Assembly: GCA_947501605.1 (NCBI GenBank)
Contig: CANMWZ010000001.1
Location: 96,001-160,000, forward strand
Length of the DNA: 64,000 bases
Direction of reading: 5' to 3'
Source: Planctomycetota bacterium
GTDB lineage: Bacteria > Planctomycetota > UBA1135 > UBA2386
The notes beneath the pieces are model-generated. The model ran no database searches, was not told the origin of the DNA, and saw only the letters and a program-made list of their open reading frames with translations. The translations under genes and the position numbers were made by a program. Of the stretch, positions 20,206 through 28,699 are shown in pieces (the stretch's first letter is position 1; the number at the start of each line of letters is the position of its first letter).

Positions 20206-20281
20206 GGGGAGTTAGCTCAGTTGGTAGAGCGCGACAATGGCATTGTCGAGGTCAGGGGTTCGACTCCCCTACTCTCCACCA
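20206..20281 (+). tRNA. tRNA-Ala(GGC)
   Basis: Cloverleaf with G3:U70 identity pair, CGACA-ATGGCAT-TGTCG anticodon arm and encoded CCA. Confidence 0.96.
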
Positions 20282-20405
20282 GTTTCTTGCTGGTAGCCCA
20301 AGACCAGGGCGTTTCCGACGGGGGCGATGCGCTAGATGGCACCCCCGCAGGGGGCCGACCCTGCGCCCGAGCAGCCCGGGGCGCCGATCGCCCGCCGACG
20401 CAAAC

Positions 20406-21416
20406 CTACACGCGCACTCGACTGCCGAGCGAGCTGAGGGCCAGCGCCGCGGCTCGGCCGATTTCCGCTAGCGGAACTACCTCGTCGGCCAACCCCGCCT
20501 CGATCACCGAACGGGGCATCGGCGGGGCCACTGCCGTAGCGGGGTCCTGCACGAGGATCCGCCCGCCAGCGAGGCGCACTTCTGCACAACCGTGCGAACC
20601 GTCTCGACCAGGACCGGTCAACACAACGGCTACGACCTTGGAGCCAAACGCCCTGGCTGCGGAGCGGAACAGAGGGTCCGCGGCGGGACGCACGTAGTTT
20701 TCAGGTGGCCCCTGGTTGATCTCCAGCTTCCGCGAGTTCGCCGACACCTGCATGTGATGATCGCCGGGAGCGAGGTAGACATGCCCCTCTTCGATCGCCA
20801 TGTCCTTGGCACCGAGATGGACCGTTCGATCGGTCTCTCGCTGCATCGAGTGCAGCATTGCATCCATGATGAACGCTGGCGCGTGCTGCACGACCAGGAT
20901 GGCGCCGCCCATCGAAGCCGGGATGCTCGGCAGAAAGGTGCGCAAGGCATCCGGCCCGCCAGTGCTCGACGCCACGACCATGACGGGGAAGGGCGCTTCG
21001 TGGCAGGCACGTGCCGGCGGCGTTTTGCTCGCGACCACGACCCTCGGCATGCTCTGGTGCACGCGGGCGTAGCAGCGTTCGACCGCCTCGACGATCTCGT
21101 CGGGTCGCGCGGGCTTGGCCAAGAACTCGTCAGCGCCGGCGAGCAACGCCCGCGTGCGAGCATCGAGCGAGGAGTTGGCCGTCAGCATGACGACGGGCGG
21201 AACCACGGGCTGCTTGCGCAAGTTCTGGAGCAACTCGAGGCCGTTCATCCCCGGCATGTTCCAGTCGGTAACGACGACGTCCGGAGACTGTCGGCGCAGC
21301 GCCGTGATGGCCTCATTGCCGCCAGCCACACAGTGCACCGTATGGCCTGCGCGCGTCAGCACATGAGCGACCAGCTTGCTGGTCGCGGCGTCATCTTCAG
21401 CAAGCAGAACGTGCAT
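20406..21416 (-). CDS. cheB: Receiver domain plus CheB-type methylesterase
   Basis: REC domain (LLAEDD, DWNMP, KP); esterase motifs SSTGGP, VQHAP, RPAADPLF, LTGPGRDG. Confidence 0.85.
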   Translation of the reverse strand: MHVLLAEDDAATSKLVAHVLTRAGHTVHCVAGGNEAITALRRQSPDVVVTDWNMPGMNGLELLQNLRKQPVVPPVVMLTANSSLDARTRALLAGADEFLAKPARPDEIVEAVERCYARVHQSMPRVVVASKTPPARACHEAPFPVMVVASSTGGPDALRTFLPSIPASMGGAILVVQHAPAFIMDAMLHSMQRETDRTVHLGAKDMAIEEGHVYLAPGDHHMQVSANSRKLEINQGPPENYVRPAADPLFRSAARAFGSKVVAVVLTGPGRDGSHGCAEVRLAGGRILVQDPATAVAPPMPRSVIEAGLADEVVPLAEIGRAAALALSSLGSRVRV

Positions 21417-21503
21417 CGTGGGGACCAGCCGGCAACGCAGCTTCGGCAATCCGCTGCCACGCACTGAACCTGGCGTGCAAGTAGTTGGAGCACGGTCGCC
21501 AAC

Positions 21504-23237
21504 TCAGCCGCCCGGACGCTGGAACTCCACTGGCATCCACAGGCGCTCGGGCCAGAGTCCCAGCGGACCGGGTTCGACACCCTGCAGGCGGCGGTCGACG
21601 AGAATCTCAACCAGCGGATGCACGAGCAAGGCGCAGGGTTGGTCGGCTGCGAGCAGCCGGTGGCACTGCTGCAACAGCTCCGCCCGGCGCAGAACATCGA
21701 CTTCGCGTCGTTGCGCCTCCAACAACCGGTCAACCGCCGGGTTGGCATAGCCACCGGGATTGCGCGTCCCGGTCGAGTGAAACAACTCGAAGGGGTCGCC
21801 GAGCGTCGGCATCGAGACCAGGACGAGCCCAGCGTCCCAATCACCGCTGTCACGTCGCTGGATCAGCTCCTTGAAGGCGAGCACTTGCAGCTCGAGCTCG
21901 ACGCCCGCCGTGCTGGCAGCATCGGCAAACAGCTCGCCCATGCGGCGGAACCACGGCGCCTCGCTTGGCACCATGAGGCGGATCCGCAACGGGCGACCCT
22001 GGTCAGCCCCATAGCCAGCGGCGGCCAACAACAACCGCGCACCCTTCGGATCGAAGGGCAGCGGTGACAGTTCGTTCGGGTAGCCGGGCTGGCCGGGCTT
22101 GGCGACGACCGCCGCAGGGCGTGCGACGCCGGCAAACAGGCGGTCGGCAATGCCCTGTCGATCGAACAGGAGCCCCAGCGCCCGACGAACGATTGGATCG
22201 CGCAGATCCTCGCGTTTGGTGTTCCACTGCACGAGATACGCGCCTAGCGAAGGCATGTCGTAGACCAGTCGGCGGTAGTCGGCATCGAGCGCTTTGTCGG
22301 CATCGAGCTGCGCCTTCAGATCGGGGGCGCTGTACCAGTCGAGTTCGCGTTTCTTGAGCGCGGCATACCGAGCGGCCGGCTCGGCAAGGAAGCGCACGCG
22401 GATCGCTGCGAGGTTCCAGTGCCCCGCTTGCTGGCGTCGCCAACTGCCCTCGTGGCGACGGATCGTGAGGTCGATGCCGCGTCGCCAGCTCGGCCGATCC
22501 TCGGTCTCGTCATCGAACCGGTAGGGTCCGGTACCTGGGCCCGGAGACTGTGTCAGCGTGCCGAGCAACGCGCCGAACTCCGGGCTCGTGAACGGCGGCA
22601 TCGATCGACCATCCCGGTTGGCGCGCTCGCCAAGACGAGCAAGCCACCATCGCCGGTTGACGACGATCCAGCTTTCGCCGATCGCGCGCGCCGCCGCGAA
22701 GTGTGGTGCTGCGAACTCGATCCGCAACTGATCCTCGCGGCCGTCCACGCGGGTAACCATCTTGCACAGGCGCATGCCGTCCGCAAGCGAGCCGAGCACG
22801 ACACCCTTTGCCGAGGCGACTGCGTGCGTGAACAGGACATCGTCGAGTGTGAGCGGTGACCCATCGCTGAAGACCACGCCCCGGCGCAGCGTGATTGTCA
22901 TCGCCAAGCCGGACGGTTCGACCTCCCACGACGCCGCCAAGGCACCGCGCAACGCGCCGGTCTCAGGGTCGAGATCAAGCAACGTGTCGTGCGTGAACCC
23001 GAGGACCATACGGCGAGCGACCGCACTGCTGGTCGTGAACGGACAGAGGTCGTTCGGCTCCTCAGCCACCCCGGTGTAGACGTGTCCTTGCGGCGGGTTC
23101 GCCGGATCCAGCGGCGCAGCTACCGACGACTGGTTCGGGCGCAGGTCCGCGTCGTCGCGGCTCAGCGCGACGAAAACGACGGCGACTGCAACAGCAAGCA
23201 CTGTCAGTACGAGCAGGGGCCGCGAAGTGCGACTCAT
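21504..23237 (-). CDS. ABC transporter substrate-binding protein, family 5 (peptide/nickel-like)
   Basis: N-terminal anchor, LAASWEV, LRRGVVFSDGSPLTLDDV, GTGPY, VRRAL...DR. Confidence 0.87.
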   Translation of the reverse strand: MSRTSRPLLVLTVLAVAVAVVFVALSRDDADLRPNQSSVAAPLDPANPPQGHVYTGVAEEPNDLCPFTTSSAVARRMVLGFTHDTLLDLDPETGALRGALAASWEVEPSGLAMTITLRRGVVFSDGSPLTLDDVLFTHAVASAKGVVLGSLADGMRLCKMVTRVDGREDQLRIEFAAPHFAAARAIGESWIVVNRRWWLARLGERANRDGRSMPPFTSPEFGALLGTLTQSPGPGTGPYRFDDETEDRPSWRRGIDLTIRRHEGSWRRQQAGHWNLAAIRVRFLAEPAARYAALKKRELDWYSAPDLKAQLDADKALDADYRRLVYDMPSLGAYLVQWNTKREDLRDPIVRRALGLLFDRQGIADRLFAGVARPAAVVAKPGQPGYPNELSPLPFDPKGARLLLAAAGYGADQGRPLRIRLMVPSEAPWFRRMGELFADAASTAGVELELQVLAFKELIQRRDSGDWDAGLVLVSMPTLGDPFELFHSTGTRNPGGYANPAVDRLLEAQRREVDVLRRAELLQQCHRLLAADQPCALLVHPLVEILVDRRLQGVEPGPLGLWPERLWMPVEFQRPGG

Positions 23238-23256
23238 GGGTGCCTTCGCGGCGGAT

Positions 23257-23634
23257 TCACAAGCAGCGCCCGATCCACGCCCCGCCACTCAGCGAGAGCA
23301 CACTCAGGATGTTCTGCCCAAGCACGTTGCCAACGAACGCCAGCGTGCGTCCTTGCTGCAACAAGTCGAGACTCTCGAACGCGAAGGTCGAGAACGTCGT
23401 GAACGCGCCGAGGAACCCAGTGAACACCGCGGCGACAACAGGTCGCGACCACTGGCCGTCGTGCAGAGCCCACAGCAGGCCGAAGGCAAAGCAACCGGTG
23501 ACGTTGATGAGGAATGTGCCGACCGGGAATCCTTCGATCCACGACTTGGACATCGTCGCCACGAGCAAGCGCGCCAGCGCACCGAGCGAACCACCGGCCG
23601 CGACCGCGAGTATCAGCGCTGCGTGCATCGTCAT
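23257..23634 (-). CDS. crcB: Fluoride channel Fluc/CrcB
   Basis: GGSLGALAR, FPVGTFLINVTG, TGFLGAFTTFSTF. Confidence 0.93.
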   Translation of the reverse strand: MTMHAALILAVAAGGSLGALARLLVATMSKSWIEGFPVGTFLINVTGCFAFGLLWALHDGQWSRPVVAAVFTGFLGAFTTFSTFAFESLDLLQQGRTLAFVGNVLGQNILSVLSLSGGAWIGRCL

Positions 23635-24848
23635 TTCTTTGGATACGTGGCCAGCACCCAGTCGCGCCACTTGGTGTCAAAGGTAGCGGCATCGAGACCG
23701 AACACCTCCTGCAAGGCCGCGATCTGCAGTTTCACCAACTCCTCCGGCGGCAGCCCTTCCGAGGGCACGGACCTGCTCTTGAGCTTCCACATCAGCGTGC
23801 CGAGCTTCTCCGGTGACTGCTCCAAGAGATAGTGGACGCGCGACCAGGCCTGAAGCTCGCCGTGGTAGCCCATTGCCGTAATCTCCGGCCAGGCCGCCAT
23901 CGTCGCAAAGGCTACGCGGGTACGGTCATACTGGGCGCGCGCCCGCACCTTCTTGGCCCAAAGGTGCTGCTCCTCCTCGTTGACGTTGTCCTCGTCTCTT
24001 ACGGTGATGTTGACGAAGTCGGTGTCGACGCGACGAGAAAAGCAGTGGGCCAGACCTTCGGATAGCCAGGGCGGCATGCGGTACTCGTAGCCGCGCAGTC
24101 CGTTGCTGAGGTTGCCAGCAAGCCCGTAGATCACATGGCTGTGCAGCGACGGCTCGTCGTTGACTTCGAGCCCCTCCACCGACACTCCGAACAGCATCTG
24201 TTGGCTGTTGGGCAGGTAGTAGCTGAACGAGCGATCGGCCTTCACGCCACAGAAGCGGTCGAAGTAGCGGGCGAGGTCCGACTTCTTCTGAAACACCAAC
24301 AGCAAGTGCTTGTCGGGCAGCCCGAGGTAACGCCCGTTTGGCGGGGTAGTCGCTTCGCCAAACGTGGCCCCGCCGTTCAGCAGCATCGACTCGACCTCGA
24401 CGTAGAGCTTCTCGGCGCGCGCGGCGAAGAGGTGCAACCGCAGCCACGGGTCGAGCTTCTTGGGCTTCTCCGGCATCTTCGGGAAGCGCTTGCGGAGTGC
24501 CGCGACCTCATCGAGCAGAGCTTTGCGCTGGCCCTGCTTCTCCGGCATCGGCACCGTCCGCAGGTTGCAGCCGATGCGGAAGTGTGCGGTCTCGAGCCAC
24601 AGCACGCGACCTTCGCCGAGCACGCGATCGATGTCCTCCGTGCGGGTGTCCTTCGACCACACAAAGGGCCCGTAGGCGACGTGCCCAGCGGCGGTCAGCT
24701 GGGCGGCGTCACCGCCGGTGTAAGGATCCACCGGCGTCTTGGCGACCTCGTCGTCGTCCTTGCTCTTGCCCTGCGCGGGTAGCGCGCCCGGCGCCGCCAA
24801 AGCGGCACCGAGCAGCATCAAGCAGAGGCGCAGACGAACCGAGGTCAC
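23631..24848 (-). CDS. Secreted hypothetical protein with a degenerate zincin-like motif
   Basis: Signal peptide ending ALPA-Q, and PPWLSEGLAH resembling peptidase MA/DUF1570-like proteins, but no HExxH. Confidence 0.72.
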   Translation of the reverse strand: MTSVRLRLCLMLLGAALAAPGALPAQGKSKDDDEVAKTPVDPYTGGDAAQLTAAGHVAYGPFVWSKDTRTEDIDRVLGEGRVLWLETAHFRIGCNLRTVPMPEKQGQRKALLDEVAALRKRFPKMPEKPKKLDPWLRLHLFAARAEKLYVEVESMLLNGGATFGEATTPPNGRYLGLPDKHLLLVFQKKSDLARYFDRFCGVKADRSFSYYLPNSQQMLFGVSVEGLEVNDEPSLHSHVIYGLAGNLSNGLRGYEYRMPPWLSEGLAHCFSRRVDTDFVNITVRDEDNVNEEEQHLWAKKVRARAQYDRTRVAFATMAAWPEITAMGYHGELQAWSRVHYLLEQSPEKLGTLMWKLKSRSVPSEGLPPEELVKLQIAALQEVFGLDAATFDTKWRDWVLATYPKK

Positions 24849-25804
24849 TTCGATGCCGAGCCGCCCTTCGCGGCCGCGTCCTCGGCTGCTGCGGGCGCCT
24901 TCTCGTCAGCGGCCGGCACAGGCTGCACCAAGGCGGAACGGCGGATCTCCAGTTCTCGCTCGACGAGCTTCTTGCGCTCGACGTCGAGATCCTGCAGATC
25001 GTCCTCCAACTTCTTGAGTCGGGCTGAATCCGGCCCGCGCTTCTCGATCTCCTTGTCGATGCGACCGCGGATCTCGAGCGCCTGACTGTCAATCCGATCG
25101 AACTGGTTCAGCAACGAACGCAGTTCCTTGACCGCCTTCTTGGCGTCACCTTCGTAGCAGCGGTCGAGGTAGGAGAACATCGTCTCCCACAGCTGCGTCT
25201 GCGACTGGTCGCCGGGCAGCGGCGACTTGTTGCTCCCGTCGGGGTCGACGAAGAACAAGTGCGGCAGCTTGTCGCCTTCCTTTTGCGGCTTGAACATCGC
25301 CGTCAGCGGATGGTCCGCTTCGAGCACGTTGGGCGGCAACTTCACGCAATGGAACCATCGCGTCAGCAGCACCGTTTGCTCGTTGTCGAGCGATCGGCTG
25401 AGCAGCGCGTGATCGGTGCCCTTGCAGCGCTCGCATTCGCGCATGACCAGCAACGGCCGTCGGTCCTCGCGGACGACGAGTTGCATCGCTTGCGCTAGCG
25501 GCAGAGCCCGCTCGCGTTCGATGGAGACAGTTCCGCTCGATCCACTCTGAGTCGTGGGGGCAGCCGGTCTCCAGACCGGATAGTCCCACGAAATCTGCAA
25601 CAAGTCCTTGGTGGTCTTGCCGCGACGGAAATCGATCGGGATGCCACCTCGGCCACCACCTGGGGTTCCGGGGCTCGCACTACCAGGAGCAGGGGCGGGA
25701 GCCGAACTGGCCCCCGAGCTACCACCTCATCATTGCGGCGCGGCGGGCCGCGCGAAGATCATTGCCATCGCCACGCAGGCGATGCTGGCACGGAATGCAC
25801 TCAT
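24845..25804 (-). CDS. Candidate secreted selenoprotein with tandem Sec-Sec (U25-U26) and a CxxC thioredoxin-like domain; 319 aa with readthrough
   Basis: ATG 25804 gives MSAFRASIACVAMAMIFARPAAPQ, then TGA (25732-25730) and TGA (25729-25727), then GGSSGASSAPAPAPGS..., in frame with the 24845..25603 ORF (RECERCKG, WFHCVKL, LFFVDPDG). SECIS-like hairpin directly downstream. The C-terminal part is certainly coding; the readthrough is inferred. Confidence 0.65.
25696..25716 (-). promoter_or_regulatory. Putative bacterial SECIS element
   Basis: C-GGGGGCC-AGUUC-GGCUCCC-G stem-loop. The loop starts 18 nt after the second UGA and 21 nt after the first, with G at loop position 2 followed by U. Confidence 0.6.
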
Positions 25805-25870
25805 GAATGCTCTCGTGGGGTTCTGTGCGGGAGGCCAATGCCAAATGGCACCGACGGACCGCAGGCCAAG

Positions 25871-25898
25871 AGCCTACCCCGGCTTTGGCCTCGAGCAA
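25871..25898 (-). promoter_or_regulatory. Possible sigma70-type promoter for the selenoprotein-candidate operon
   Basis: TTGCTC-N16-TAGGCT about 65 nt upstream of ATG 25804. Confidence 0.3.
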
Positions 25899-25942
25899 GC
25901 CTGCGATCTTCTGGCAGCGGCAGACCCGGGCACCGCCGGTCC

Positions 25943-27199
25943 TCAGCGCGGCCCGGTGACGTCGATGCCACCGCGCAAGAAGACGGCTTCCATGTAGTCG
26001 AGGACCGACCGCACGTAGGCGCGCTTCTCATTGTAGGGCCCGGCGTAGAACGCGCGCTTGAACCCGTAGATCAGCACGTCCTTGAGCGCGCGCGCGTCGA
26101 GCCCGAAGGTCTCGACCGCCTTCTGGACTTCGTCGGTCATGGTGGTGCGCGACACCAGCCGGTTGTCGGTGCAAAGCGTGACGCTGCAGCGCTCCTTGCG
26201 CATCAACCGGAACGGGTGCTTCGACAGGTCGTCGCGCAGTTCGGGGATCGTCTGCTGGTTGCTCGTGAGACAGACCTCGAGGGTGATCCGGCGGTCGGCG
26301 ACGTAGCGGACGAGCTTGTCGATGAAGGCCTGCTTGTCGGTGATCGCCGGGTCCTTGATGTGCCGACGACTGAACATCCAGGTGCCATGACCGATGCGAT
26401 CCGCATGGCAGTCCGTGATCGCCTGGAAGATCGACTCGGGCCCGTAGTCCTCGCCAGCATGAACAGTCTTGCCGAGGAAGTGCTCGTGCGCGAGTTGGTA
26501 GGCCGATTGGTGGTCCTTGGCCGGGAAGCCGCGCTCCTGGCCAGCAAGGTCGAAACCGACGATCGGCAGACCATCGTCCTCAACCGCCCGCACGGCGGAA
26601 CGGGCGAGTTCGAGCGAGGCAAGCCCATAGATCGAGGTCGGCGGCGCTGACGGCAACGCATCGAAGTAGGCGCGATAGTGCGCACTGAACACTGGCAGGA
26701 AGAAGCGCAACGCACACACGATCACACCGCACTCGAAGCGCGGGACCTCCCCACGCTGCACGCGAGGGTCCTTGTTGATCTCCTTCTTGGCGCGCTCCAA
26801 TCCGCGACACACCGCCGCGAGCACTTCGCGGATCGTGAACCCAGCCTGCGCATGCAGCTGCGGCGCAAAGCGGACCTCGATGTAGAAGACGTTCTCCTTG
26901 CGGCAGTCGATCGCGAGTTCGTAGGCCACGCGTTCCAACGACTCCGGCTCCTGCATGCACGCAACCGTGAGCTCAAACCCTCGCAAGTACTCCGGCAAGT
27001 TCTTGTAGGCCCGCTTGAAGACCAGATCGAGCAGGCCATCTGGCGTTTGGCTCGGCAGCACGACTCTGCGCTTCTTGGCCAGTTCGATGAGCGTCGGCAG
27101 TCGGAGACTCCCGTCGAGATGGAGATGCAGATCGGACTTGGGGAGTTCCGCGAGGATGTCCCGCGAGAGGAGGGGCGTTGCAGCTCGACGGCTCGGCAT
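25943..27199 (-). CDS. add: Adenosine deaminase family protein
   Basis: LPKSDLHLHLDGS, YIEVRFAP, GFDLAG, TVHAGE, RIGHG, EVCLTSN, LCTDN. Confidence 0.92.
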   Translation of the reverse strand: MPSRRAATPLLSRDILAELPKSDLHLHLDGSLRLPTLIELAKKRRVVLPSQTPDGLLDLVFKRAYKNLPEYLRGFELTVACMQEPESLERVAYELAIDCRKENVFYIEVRFAPQLHAQAGFTIREVLAAVCRGLERAKKEINKDPRVQRGEVPRFECGVIVCALRFFLPVFSAHYRAYFDALPSAPPTSIYGLASLELARSAVRAVEDDGLPIVGFDLAGQERGFPAKDHQSAYQLAHEHFLGKTVHAGEDYGPESIFQAITDCHADRIGHGTWMFSRRHIKDPAITDKQAFIDKLVRYVADRRITLEVCLTSNQQTIPELRDDLSKHPFRLMRKERCSVTLCTDNRLVSRTTMTDEVQKAVETFGLDARALKDVLIYGFKRAFYAGPYNEKRAYVRSVLDYMEAVFLRGGIDVTGPR

Positions 27200-27316
27200 G
27201 ACGCGATCTTGGGCGGCCGAAGTGCTCGGGGCAAGCGCGGCCTCGGTGCGCCTTGCGGACCGAGACGACCTCGTGCTTGGCGCCGAAACGCGCGCCTCCT
27301 ACCGTGGGCCGCTTCG

Positions 27317-28699
27317 ATGTCTGCAAGCTGGGAGTATGTACAGGCTGACGCGCTCGAGCGTGCGCGCTTCGTCGACCACGCGTCGATCCTGGCACTGCCG
27401 CACGAACTCGCGGCACCGCCAAACCGGGCCCGCAGCGTCCTGCGCCTGGGGCTCGACGGCAGGCGGTGGTACTTCAAACAATTCGGCAGGACCTCGCTCC
27501 AGAACCGCTGGCGTTTCCGGACCACGCGGCCGCACGCCCAGGACGACGCCGAACGCGAAGTCCTCATCACGATGGCCTTGCGGGAACGCGGCATCGAGAC
27601 GCCGCGGCCGGTGCTCCGCGGACACACGCAGGATGGGCAGTCCTTCTATCTGTGCGCCGAGATGCCGGGTCGGCCCTTGCGCTTGTGGCTGCGCGACGGC
27701 CCCCTCGCCCCGGCGATGCTGCAACTCGCAGCGGCGTTCTGCGGCGACCTACTGGCCCAGGGTTTCCACCTGCCTGACCTGTCGGCCGAACACCTGTTCG
27801 CGCGCCAGGAGATCGCCTTCTTCCACTTCGGCGTCATCGATCTGCACAACGGCCGTCTGGCGCCGCCTGGTGCTGCGCCGCTTTGGCTGTGCCGCCGCGT
27901 GCTGCGCCACTTCCAGCGTTCGGTTCAGGACCTGCCCATCGAGCGCTACACGGCGCTGCGCTTCGCCGCGCGGCTGTTGCGCACCGCGGGACGCGGCAGC
28001 GAGACTCGGTCCATCCTGCGCTCGTTGCCACCGATGGACACCGCCGCACGCTACGAAGTCGACGGCAAGGCAAAGGAGTACAAGGACCGCAATCCCAACC
28101 GCACGGAGCGCGAACTCGACCTACTCGCCAAGGTCTGGCCGGGGCGCCCCGCCGAAGTCGTGCTCGATGCTCCCTGCGGCGCCGGCCGGCTGCTGCCCTT
28201 CTTGCGCGCCCGCGAACACAAGGTGGTCCAGATGGACCGCGCCTTCGCGATGCTACAGCAAGCGCGAGAACTGCGCGGCGATGTGCCGACAGCGCAGGCG
28301 CACGCTCTCGCACTGCCGCTCGCCGACGGCGCGGTCGACGGCGTCGTGATGTTCCGGTTTCTGCATCATCTCCAGCCGTCGGCGCAGAAGCTCGCGGTCG
28401 CCGAAGCCTGTCGCACGGCGCGGCGATTCGTGGTCGCCAGCTTCTTCCATCCGTGCAGTGTGCACCATGCAGTGCGCCGCGCACGCGACCTCTGTGCGCG
28501 GCGAGCACCGACGCGCTATGCCGTGACGCTGTCGCGCGTCGAACGCTGGTTCGCGCAAGCCGGGTTCGAGCTGCAATCGCACGTGGCGGAGCTACCGTTC
28601 GGGAAGGACCTTTGGATCGCGAGCTTCGTCCGCGCCCAACGTCAGAATGCCGCGGCCGCGGCCGCGACGGTCATTCCTGGTCCGGGCGCGAGCGTTTGA
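27317..28699 (+). CDS. Fusion of a Kdo/WaaP-like sugar kinase domain and a class I SAM-dependent methyltransferase
   Basis: N-half WYFKQF, GIETPRP, LPDLSAEHL, GVIDLHN; C-half VLDAPCGAGRL, ALPLADGAVD, FRFLHH. Confidence 0.75.
   Translation: MSASWEYVQADALERARFVDHASILALPHELAAPPNRARSVLRLGLDGRRWYFKQFGRTSLQNRWRFRTTRPHAQDDAEREVLITMALRERGIETPRPVLRGHTQDGQSFYLCAEMPGRPLRLWLRDGPLAPAMLQLAAAFCGDLLAQGFHLPDLSAEHLFARQEIAFFHFGVIDLHNGRLAPPGAAPLWLCRRVLRHFQRSVQDLPIERYTALRFAARLLRTAGRGSETRSILRSLPPMDTAARYEVDGKAKEYKDRNPNRTERELDLLAKVWPGRPAEVVLDAPCGAGRLLPFLRAREHKVVQMDRAFAMLQQARELRGDVPTAQAHALALPLADGAVDGVVMFRFLHHLQPSAQKLAVAEACRTARRFVVASFFHPCSVHHAVRRARDLCARRAPTRYAVTLSRVERWFAQAGFELQSHVAELPFGKDLWIASFVRAQRQNAAAAAATVIPGPGASV

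Noticed and set aside
23634..25940. Fluoride riboswitch upstream of crcB
   Set aside because: crcB overlaps its upstream gene, and no fluoride-riboswitch-like consensus was seen in the operon leader.
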